A stretch of DNA of 64,000 nucleotides from Eledone cirrhosa (Eukaryota): the NCBI GenBank assembly GCA_964016885.1, contig OZ024743.1, forward strand, positions 345,092,001 to 345,156,000. Reading direction: 5' to 3'. The notes below the pieces were generated by a model. It had not been told where the DNA came from. It worked only from the letters and a program-made list of their open reading frames with translations, and did not search any database. Position 1 is the stretch's first letter. Every line of letters starts with the position of its first letter. Shown piece by piece: positions 52,401-64,000 of the stretch. The position numbers and the translations under genes are program-made.

Positions 52401-55400
52401 ATTTATGTCTGTATGTGGGTGTTGTATATGTATGTCTATGTATTTATGTCTGTATGTGGGTGTTGTATATGTATGTCTCAGTATGTATGTCTGTATGTGG
52501 GTGTAGTATATGTATGTCTATGTATTTATGTCTGTATGTGGGTGTTGTATATGTATGTCTCTGTATGTATGTCTGTATGTGGGTGTTGTATTTGTATGTC
52601 TCTCTATGTATGTCAGTATGTGGGTGTTGTATATGTATGTCTATGTATGCATGTCAGTATGTGGGTGTTGTATTTGTATGTCTCTCTATGTATGTCAGTA
52701 TGTGGGTGTTGTATATGTATGTCTATTTATGCATGTCAGTATGTGGGTGTTGTATTTGTATGTCTCTCTATGTATGTCAGTATGTGGGTGTTGTATATGT
52801 ATGTCTCTGTATGTATGTCAGTATGTGGGTGTTGTATAATGTATGTCTATGTATGTATGTCTGTATGTGGGTGTTGTATATGTATGTCTATATATGTATG
52901 TCTGTATGTGGGTGTTGTATATGTACGTCTATGTATGTATGTCTGTATGTGGGTGTTGTATATGTATGTCTCTGTATGTATGTCTGTATGTGGGTGTTGT
53001 ATATGTATTTCTCTGTATGTATGTCAGTATGTGTGTGTTGTATATGTATGTCTATGTATGTATGTCAGTATGTGTATGTATGTCTGTATGTGTGTGTTGT
53101 ATATATATGTCTCTGTATGTATGTCTGTATGTGGGTGTTGTATATGTATGTCTATGTATGTATGTCTGTATGTGGGTGTTGTATATGTATGTCTATGTAT
53201 GTATGTCTGTATGTGGGTGTTGTATATGTATGTCTATGTATGTATGTCTGTATGTGGGTGTTGTATATGTATGTCTATGTCTGTATGCGGGTGTTGTATA
53301 TGTATGTCTGTATGTGGGTGTTGTATATGTATGTCTCTGTATGTATGTCTGTATGTGGGTGTTGTATATGTATGTCTATGTATGTATGTCTGTATGTGGG
53401 TGTTGTATATGTATGTCTATGTATGTATGTCTGTATGTGGGTGTTGTATATGTATGTCTATGTATGTATGTCTGTATGTGGGTGTTGTATATGTATGTCT
53501 GTATGTGGGTGTTGTATATGTATGTCTATGTATGTATGTCTGTATGTGGGTGTTGTATATGTATGTCTCTGTATGTATGTCTGTATGTGGGTGTTGTATA
53601 TGTATGTCTATGTATGTATGTCAGTATGTGGGTGTTGTATATGTATGTCTATGTATGTATGTCAGTATGTGGGTGTAGTATATGTATGTCTCTCTATGTA
53701 TGTCAGTATGTGGGTGTTGTATTTGTATGTCAATGTATGTATGTCTGTATGTGGGTGTTGTATATGTATGTCTCTGTATGTATGTCTCGGTATGTATGTC
53801 TGTATGTGGGTGTTGTATTTGTATGTCAATGTATGTATGTCTGTATGTGGGTGTTGTGTATGTATGTCTATGTATGTATGTCTGTATGTGGGTGTTGTAT
53901 ATGTATGTCTCTGTATGTATGTCAGTATGTGGGTGTTGTGTATGTACGTCTATGTATGTATGTCTGTATGTGTGTTTTGTATATGTATGTCTCTGTATGT
54001 ATGTTTGTATGTGGGTGTTGTATATGTATGTCTTTTTATTTATGTCTGTATGTGTGTGTTGTATAAGTATGTCTCTGTATGTATGTCAGCATGTGGGTGT
54101 TGTATATGTATGTTTATGTATGTATGTCTGTATGTGGGTGTTGTATATGTATGTCTATGTATGTATGTCTGTATGTGGGTGTTGTATATGTATGTCTATG
54201 TATGTATGTCTGTATGTGGGTGTTGTATATGTATGTCTATGTATGTATGTATGTATGTGGGTGTTGTATATGTATGTCTACGTATGTATGTCTGTATGTG
54301 GGTGTTTTATATGTATGTCTATGTATGTATGTCTGTATGTGGGTGTTGTATATGTATGTCTATGTATGTATGTCTGTATGTGGGTGTTGTATATGTATGT
54401 CTTTGTATGTATGTCAGTATGTGGGTGTTGTATATGTATGGCTATGTATGTATGTCAGTATGTGTGTGTTGTATACGTATGTCTATGTATGTATGTCTGT
54501 ATGTGGGTGTTGTATATGTATGTCTCTGTATGTATGTCAGTATGTGGGTGTTGTATATGTATGTCTATGTATATATGTCAGTATGTGGGTGTTGTATATG
54601 TATGTCTATGTATGCATGTCTGTATGTGGGTGTTGTATATGTATGTCTATGTATGTATGCCTGTATGTGGGTGTTGTATATGTATGTCTATGTATGTATG
54701 TCTGTATGTGGGTGTTGTATATGTATGTCTATGTATGTATGTCAGTATGTGGGTGTTGTATATGTATGTCTATGTATGTATGTCTGTATGTGGGTGTTGT
54801 ATATGTATGTCTGTATGTGGGTGTTGTATATGTATGTCTATGTATGTATGTCTGTATGTGGGTGTTGTATATGTATGTCTATGTATGTATGTCTGTATGT
54901 GGGTGTTGTATATGTATGTCTATGTATGTATGTCAGTATGTGGGTGTTTTATATGTATGTCTATGTATGTATGTCAGTATGTGGGTGTTGTATATGTATG
55001 TCTCTGTATGTATGTCAGTATGTGGGTGTTGTATATGTATGTCTCTGTAAGTATGTCTGTATGTGGGTGTTGTATATGTATGTCTATGTATGTATGTCAG
55101 TATGTGGGTGTTGTATATGTATGTCTCTGTATGTATGTCTGTATGTGGGTGTTGTATATGTATGTCTATGTATGTATGTCAGTATGTGGGTGTTGTATAT
55201 GTATGTCTATGTATGTATGTCAGTATGTGGGTGTAGTATATGTATGTCTCTGTATGTATGTCAGTATGTGGGTGTTGTATTTGTATGTCAATGTATGTAT
55301 GTCTGTATGTGGGTGTTGTATATGTATGTCTATGTATGTATGTCTGTATGTGGGTGTTGTATATGTATGTCTCTGTATGTATGACAGTATGTGGATGTTG

Positions 55401-58400
55401 TATATGTATGTCTATGTATGTATGTCTGTATGTGTGTGTTGTATATGTATGTCTCTGTATGTATGTCTGTATGTGGGTGTTGTATATGTATGTCTATGTA
55501 TTTATGTCTGTATGTGTGTGTTGTATAAGTATGTCTCTGTATGTATGTCAGTATGTGGGTATTGTTTATGTATGTCTATGTATGTATGTCTCTATGTGGG
55601 TGTTGTATATGTATGTCTATGTATTTATGTCTGTATGTGGGTGTTGTATATGTATGTCTATGTATTTATGTCTGTATGTGGGTGTTGTATATGTATGTCT
55701 CAGTATGTATGTCTGTATGTGGGTGTAGTATATGTATGTCTATGTATTTATGTCTGTATGTGGGTGTTGTATATGTATGTCTCTGTATGTATGTCTGTAT
55801 GTGGGTGTTGTATTTGTATGTCTCTCTATGTATGTCAGTATGTGGGTGTTGTATATGTATGTCTATGTATGCATGTCAGTATGTGGGTGTTGTATTTGTA
55901 TGTCTCTCTATGTATGTCAGTATGTGGGTGTTGTATATGTATGTCTATTTATGCATGTCAGTATGTGGGTGTTGTATTTGTATGTCTCTCTATGTATGTC
56001 AGTATGTGGGTGTTGTATATGTATGTCTCTGTATGTATGTCAGTATGTGGGTGTTGTATAATGTATGTCTATGTATGTATGTCTGTATGTGGGTGTTGTA
56101 TATGTATGTCTATATATGTATGTCTGTATGTGGGTGTTGTATATGTACGTCTATGTATGTATGTCTGTATGTGGGTGTTGTATATGTATGTCTCTGTATG
56201 TATGTCTGTATGTGGGTGTTGTATATGTATTTCTCTGTATGTATGTCAGTATGTGTGTGTTGTATATGTATGTCTATGTATGTATGTCAGTATGTGTATG
56301 TATGTCTGTATGTGTGTGTTGTATATATATGTCTCTGTATGTATGTCTGTATGTGGGTGTTGTATATGTATGTCTATGTATGTATGTCTGTATGTGGGTG
56401 TTGTATATGTATGTCTATGTATGTATGTCTGTATGTGGGTGTTGTATATGTATGTCTATGTATGTATGTCTGTATGTGGGTGTTGTATATGTATGTCTAT
56501 GTCTGTATGCGGGTGTTGTATATGTATGTCTGTATGTGGGTGTTGTATATGTATGTCTCTGTATGTATGTCTGTATGTGGGTGTTGTATATGTATGTCTA
56601 TGTATGTATGTCTGTATGTGGGTGTTGTATATGTATGTCTATGTATGTATGTCTGTATGTGGGTGTTGTATATGTATGTCTATGTATGTATGTCTGTATG
56701 TGGGTGTTGTATATGTATGTCTGTATGTGGGTGTTGTATATGTATGTCTATGTATGTATGTCTGTATGTGGGTGTTGTATATGTATGTCTCTGTATGTAT
56801 GTCTGTATGTGGGTGTTGTATATGTATGTCTATGTATGTATGTCAGTATGTGGGTGTTGTATATGTATGTCTATGTATGTATGTCAGTATGTGGGTGTAG
56901 TATATGTATGTCTCTCTATGTATGTCAGTATGTGGGTGTTGTATTTGTATGTCAATGTATGTATGTCTGTATGTGGGTGTTGTATATGTATGTCTCTGTA
57001 TGTATGTCTCTGTATGTATGTCTGTATGTGGGTGTTGTATTTGTATGTCAATGTATGTATGTCTGTATGTGGGTGTTGTGTATGTATGTCTATGTATGTA
57101 TGTCTGTATGTGGGTGTTGTATATGTATGTCTCTGTATGTATGTCAGTATGTGGGTGTTGTGTATGTACGTCTATGTATGTATGTCTGTATGTGTGTTTT
57201 GTATATGTATGTCTCTGTATGTATGTTTGTATGTGGGTGTTGTATATGTATGTCTTTTTATTTATGTCTGTATGTGTGTGTTGTATAAGTATGTCTCTGT
57301 ATGTATGTCAGCATGTGGGTGTTGTATATGTATGTTTATGTATGTATGTCTGTATGTGGGTGTTGTATATGTATGTCTATGTATGTATGTCTGTATGTGG
57401 GTGTTGTATATGTATGTCTATGTATGTATGTCTGTATGTGGGTGTTGTATATGTATGTCTATGTATGTATGTATGTATGTGGGTGTTGTATATGTATGTC
57501 TACGTATGTATGTCTGTATGTGGGTGTTTTATATGTATGTCTATGTATGTATGTCTGTATGTGGGTGTTGTATATGTATGTCTATGTATGTATGTCTGTA
57601 TGTGGGTGTTGTATATGTATGTCTTTGTATGTATGTCAGTATGTGGGTGTTGTATATGTATGGCTATGTATGTATGTCAGTATGTGTGTGTTGTATACGT
57701 ATGTCTATGTATGTATGTCTGTATGTGGGTGTTGTATATGTATGTCTCTGTATGTATGTCAGTATGTGGGTGTTGTATATGTATGTCTATGTATATATGT
57801 CAGTATGTGGGTGTTGTATATGTATGTCTATGTATGCATGTCTGTATGTGGGTGTTGTATATGTATGTCTATGTATGTATGCCTGTATGTGGGTGTTGTA
57901 TATGTATGTCTATGTATGTATGTCTGTATGTGGGTGTTGTATATGTATGTCTATGTATGTATGTCAGTATGTGGGTGTTGTATATGTATGTCTATGTATG
58001 TATGTCTGTAGGTGGGTGTTGTATATGTATGTCTATATATGTATGTCTGTATGTGGGTGTTGTATATGTACGTCTATGTATGTATGTCTGTATGTGGGTG
58101 TTGTATATGTATGCCTCTGTATGTATGTCTGTATGTGGGTGTTGTATATGTATTTCTCTGTATGTATGTCAGTATGTGTGTGTTGTATATGTATGTCTAT
58201 GTATGTATGTCAGTATGTGTATGTATGTCTGTATGTGTGTGTTGTATATATATGTCTCTGTATGTATGTCTGTATGTGGGTGTTGTATATGTATGTCTAT
58301 GTATGTATGTCTGTATGTGGGTGTTGTATATGTATGTCTATGTATGTATGTCTGTATGTGGGTGTTGTATATGTATGTCTATGTATGTATGTCTGTATGT

Positions 58401-61400
58401 GGGTTTTGTATATGTATGTCTATGTATGTATGTCTGTATGTGGGTGTTGTATATGTATGTCTATGTCTGTATGTGGGTGTTGTATATGTATGTCTGTATG
58501 TGGGTGTTGTATATGTATGTCTCTGTATGTATGTCTGTATGTGGGAGTTGTATATGTATGTCTATGTATGTATGTCTGTATGTGGGTGTTGTATATGTAT
58601 GTCTATGTATGTATGTCTTTATGTGGGTGTTGTATATGTATGTCTATGTATGTATGTCTGTATGTGGGTGTTGTATATGTATGTCTGTATGTGGGTGTTG
58701 TATATGTATGTCTATGTATGTATGTCTGTATGTGGGTGTTGTATATGTATGTCTATGTATGTATGTCTGTATGTGGATGTTATATATGTATGTCTATGTA
58801 TGTATGTCAGTATGTGGGTGTTTTATATGTATGTCTATGTATGTATGTCAGTATGTGGGTGTTGTATATGTATGTCTCTGTATGTATGTCAGTATGTGGG
58901 TGTTGTATTTGTATGTCAATGTATGTATGTCTGTATGTGGGTGTTGTATATGTATGTCTCTGTATGTATGTCTGTATGTGGGTGTTGTATATGTATGTCT
59001 ATGTATGTATGTCAGTATGTGGGTGTTGTATATGCATGTCTCAGTATGTATGTCTGTATGTTGGTGTTGTATATGTATGTCTATGTATGTATGTCAGTAT
59101 GTGGGTGTTGTATATGTATGTCTATGTATGTATGTCAGTATGTGGGTGTTGTATTTGTATGTCTCTCTATGTATGTCAGTATGTGGGTGTTGTATATGTA
59201 TGTCTCTGTATGTATGTCAGTATGTGGGTGTTGTATAATGTATGTCTATGTATGTATGTCTGTATGTGGGTGTTGTATATGTATGTCTATATATGTATGT
59301 CTGTATGTGGGTGTTGTATATGTACGTCTATGTATGTATGTCTGTATGTGGGTGTTGTATATGTATGTCTCTGTATGTATGTCTGTATGTGGGTGTTGTA
59401 TATGTATTTCTCTGTATGTATGTCAGTATGTGTGTGTTGTATATGTATGTCTATGTATGTATGTCAGTATGTGTATGTATGTCTGTATGTGTGTGTTGTA
59501 TATATATGTCTCTGTATGTATGTCTGTATGTGGGTGTTGTATATGTATGTCTATGTATGTATGTCTGTATGTGGGTGTTGTATATGTATGTCTATGTATG
59601 TATGTCTGTATGTGGGTGTTGTATATGTATGTCTATGTATGTATGTCTGTATGTGGGTGTTGTATATGTATGTCTATGTCTGTATGCGGGTGTTGTATAT
59701 GTATGTCTGTATGTGGGTGTTGTATATGTATGTCTCTGTATGTATGTCTGTATGTGGGTGTTGTATATGTATGTCTATGTATGTATGTCTGTATGTGGGT
59801 GTTGTATATGTATGTCTATGTATGTATGTCTGTATGTGGGTGTTGTATATGTATGTCTATGTATGTATGTCTGTATGTGGGTGTTGTATATGTATGTCTG
59901 TATGTGGGTGTTGTATATGTATGTCTATGTATGTATGTCTGTATGTGGGTGTTGTATATGTATGTCTCTGTATGTATGTCTGTATGTGGGTGTTGTATAT
60001 GTATGTCTATGTATGTATGTCAGTATGTGGGTGTTGTATATGTATGTCTATGTATGTATGTCAGTATGTGGGTGTAGTATATGTATGTCTCTCTATGTAT
60101 GTCAGTATGTGGGTGTTGTATTTGTATGTCAATGTATGTATGTCTGTATGTGGGTGTTGTATATGTATGTCTCTGTATGTATGTCTCTGTATGTATGTCT
60201 GTATGTGGGTGTTGTATTTGTATGTCAATGTATGTATGTCTGTATGTGGGTGTTGTGTATGTATGTCTATGTATGTATGTCTGTATGTGGGTGTTGTATA
60301 TGTATGTCTCTGTATGTATGTCAGTATGTGGGTGTTGTGTATGTACGTCTATGTATGTATGTCTGTATGTGTGTTTTGTATATGTATGTCTCTGTATGTA
60401 TGTTTGTATGTGGGTGTTGTATATGTATGTCTTTTTATTTATGTCTGTATGTGTGTGTTGTATAAGTATGTCTCTGTATGTATGTCAGCATGTGGGTGTT
60501 GTATATGTATGTTTATGTATGTATGTCTGTATGTGGGTGTTGTATATGTATGTCTATGTATGTATGTCTGTATGTGGGTGTTGTATATGTATGTCTATGT
60601 ATGTATGTCTGTATGTGGGTGTTGTATATGTATGTCTATGTATGTATGTATGTATGTGGGTGTTGTATATGTATGTCTACGTATGTATGTCTGTATGTGG
60701 GTGTTTTATATGTATGTCTATGTATGTATGTCTGTATGTGGGTGTTGTATATGTATGTCTATGTATGTATGTCTGTATGTGGGTGTTGTATATGTATGTC
60801 TTTGTATGTATGTCAGTATGTGGGTGTTGTATATGTATGGCTATGTATGTATGTCAGTATGTGTGTGTTGTATACGTATGTCTATGTATGTATGTCTGTA
60901 TGTGGGTGTTGTATATGTATGTCTCTGTATGTATGTCAGTATGTGGGTGTTGTATATGTATGTCTATGTATATATGTCAGTATGTGGGTGTTGTATATGT
61001 ATGTCTATGTATGCATGTCTGTATGTGGGTGTTGTATATGTATGTCTATGTATGTATGCCTGTATGTGGGTGTTGTATATGTATGTCTATGTATGTATGT
61101 CTGTATGTGGGTGTTGTATATGTATGTCTATGTATGTATGTCAGTATGTGGGTGTTGTATATGTATGTCTATGTATGTATGTCTGTATGTGGGTGTTGTA
61201 TATGTATGTCTGTATGTGGGTGTTGTATATGTATGTCTATGTATGTATGTCTGTATGTGGGTGTTGTATATGTATGTCTATGTATGTATGTCTGTATGTG
61301 GGTGTTGTATATGTATGTCTATGTATGTATGTCAGTATGTGGGTGTTTTATATGTATGTCTATGTATGTATGTCAGTATGTGGGTGTTGTATATGTATGT

Positions 61401-64000
61401 CTCTGTATGTATGTCAGTATGTGGGTGTTGTATATGTATGTCTCTGTAAGTATGTCTGTATGTGGGTGTTGTATATGTATGTCTATGTATGTATGTCAGT
61501 ATGTGGGTGTTGTATATGTATGTCTCTGTATGTATGTCTGTATGTGGGTGTTGTATATGTATGTCTATGTATGTATGTCAGTATGTGGGTGTTGTATATG
61601 TATGTCTATGTATGTATGTCAGTATGTGGGTGTAGTATATGTATGTCTCTGTATGTATGTCAGTATGTGGGTGTTGTATTTGTATGTCAATGTATGTATG
61701 TCTGTATGTGGGTGTTGTATATGTATGTCTATGTATGTATGTCTGTATGTGGGTGTTGTATATGTATGTCTCTGTATGTATGACAGTATGTGGATGTTGT
61801 ATATGTATGTCTATGTATGTATGTCTGTATGTGTGTGTTGTATATGTATGTCTCTGTATGTATGTCTGTATGTGGGTGTTGTATATGTATGTCTATGTAT
61901 TTATGTCTGTATGTGTGTGTTGTATAAGTATGTCTCTGTATGTATGTCAGTATGTGGGTATTGTTTATGTATGTCTATGTATGTATGTCTCTATGTGGGT
62001 GTTGTATATGTATGTCTATGTATTTATGTCTGTATGTGGGTGTTGTATATGTATGTCTATGTATTTATGTCTGTATGTGGGTGTTGTATATGTATGTCTC
62101 AGTATGTATGTCTGTATGTGGGTGTAGTATATGTATGTCTATGTATTTATGTCTGTATGTGGGTGTTGTATATGTATGTCTCTGTATGTATGTCTGTATG
62201 TGGGCGTTGTATTTGTATGTCTCTCTATGTATGTCAGTATGTGGGTGTTGTATATGTATGTCTATGTATGCATGTCAGTATGTGGGTGTTGTATTTGTAT
62301 GTCTCTCTATGTATGTCAGTATGTGGGTGTTGTATATGTATGTCTATTTATGCATGTCAGTATGTGGGTGTTGTATTTGTATGTCTCTCTATGTATGTCA
62401 GTATGTGGGTGTTGTATATGTATGTCTCTGTATGTATGTCAGTATGTGGGTGTTGTATAATGTATGTCTATGTATGTATGTCTGTATGTGGGTGTTGTAT
62501 ATGTATGTCTATATATGTATGTCTGTATGTGGGTGTTGTATATGTACGTCTATGTATGTATGTCTGTATGTGGGTGTTGTATATGTATGTCTCTGTATGT
62601 ATGTCTGTATGTGGGTGTTGTATATGTATTTCTCTGTATGTATGTCAGTATGTGTGTGTTGTATATGTATATCTATGTATGTATGTCAGTATGTGTATGT
62701 ATGTCTGTATGTGTGTGTTGTATATATATGTCTCTGTATGTATGTCTGTATGTGGGTGTTGTATATGTATGTCTATGTATGTATGTCTGTATGTGGGTGT
62801 TGTATATGTATGTCTATGTATGTATGTCTGTATGTGGGTGTTGTATATGTATGTCTATGTATGTATGTCTGTATGTGGGTGTTGTATATGTATGTCTATG
62901 TCTGTATGCGGGTGTTGTATATGTATGTCTGTATGTGGGTGTTGTATATGTATGTCTCTGTATGTATGTCTGTATGTGGGTGTTGTATATGTATGTCTAT
63001 GTATGTATGTCTGTATGTGGGTGTTGTATATGTATGTCTATGTATGTATGTCTGTATGTGGGTGTTGTATATGTATGTCTATGTATGTATGTCTGTATGT
63101 GGGTGTTGTATATGTATGTCTGTATGTGGGTGTTGTATATATATGTCTATGTATGTATGTCTGTATGTGGGTGTTGTATATGTATGTCTCTGTATGTATG
63201 TCTGTATGTGGGTGTTGTATATGTATGTCTATGTATGTATGTCAGTATGTGGGTGTTGTATATGTATGTCTATGTATGTATGTCAGTATGTGGGTGTAGT
63301 ATATGTATGTCTCTCTATGTATGTCAGTATGTGGGTGTTGTATTTGTATGTCAATGTATGTATGTCTGTATGTGGGTGTTGTATATGTATGTCTCTGTAT
63401 GTATGTCTCTGTATGTATGTCTGTATGTGGGTGTTGTATTTGTATGTCAATGTATGTATGTCTGTATGTGGGTGTTGTGTATGTATGTCTATGTATGTAT
63501 GTCTGTATGTGGGTGTTGTATATGTATGTCTCTGTATGTATGTCAGTATGTGGGTGTTGTGTATGTACGTCTATGTATGTATGTCTGTATGTGTGTTTTG
63601 TATATGTATGTCTCTGTATGTATGTTTGTATGTGGGTGTTGTATATGTATGTCTTTTTATTTATGTCTGTATGTGTGTGTTGTATAAGTATGTCTCTGTA
63701 TGTATGTCAGCATGTGGGTGTTGTATATGTATGTTTATGTATGTATGTCTGTATGTGGGTGTTGTATATGTATGTCTATGTATGTATGTCTGTATGTGGG
63801 TGTTGTATATGTATGTCTATGTATGTATGTCTGTATGTGGGTGTTGTATATGTATGTCTATGTATGTATGTATGTATGTGGGTGTTGTATATGTATGTCT
63901 ACGTATGTATGTCTGTATGTGGGTGTTTTATATGTATGTCTATGTATGTATGTCTGTATGTGGGTGTTGTATATGTATGTCTATGTATGTATGTCTGTAT
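22436..64000. repeat. 41-bp tandem satellite array (>41 kb, about 1000 monomers, runs off the window)
   Basis: Consensus GTATGTGGGTGTTGTATATGTATGTCTATGTATGTATGTCT; period 41 (e.g. 22806 to 22847); 25- and 27-bp deletion monomers; kb-scale higher-order duplications. Confidence 0.98.

Noticed and set aside
22422-63687. Very long Cys/Val/Tyr/Met-rich ORFs (up to 2107 aa)
   Set aside because: The 41-bp consensus has no stop codon in any + frame, so all three frames give the same 41-aa cycle. This is a satellite artefact.
22436-64000. CRISPR-like array
   Set aside because: No unique spacers and no cas genes; contiguous tandem monomers in eukaryotic DNA.
22436-64000. Resemblance of TGTGGGTGT to yeast TG1-3 telomere / Rap1 site
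   Set aside because: Short motif easily produced from TG/TATG repeats; the context is animal, and no TTAGGG-type repeats are present.

Overview
AT-rich, microsatellite-saturated eukaryotic (animal) genomic DNA. The SINE families and repeat load resemble a cephalopod/octopus genome (inference). No host protein-coding gene is recognisable. Bases 1-22.4 kb are dense with retroelements: a near-intact, 5'-truncated Penelope-like element (PLE) of the Naiad/Chlamys type (RT + GIY-YIG) bracketed by ~607-bp inverted pseudo-LTRs that each hold a hammerhead ribozyme (HHR); a cluster of short non-coding fold-back (palindromic) elements, several with type I HHR cores and 3' ends abutting (TA)n; tRNA-derived SINEs, one inserted into an HHR; a stand-alone tRNA-like Pol III unit; an internally inverted RTE-type LINE relic; a second, degraded PLE; and an 80-bp TA-flanked MITE. 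From ~22.4 kb to the window end is a >41-kb tandem array of a 41-bp satellite (13+14+14-bp subunits) with three zones of kb-scale higher-order repeats. Nearly all long ORFs in the ORF track are repeat artefacts. Ribozyme and tRNA calls were made by eye from motifs and base-pairing; none is experimentally tested here.
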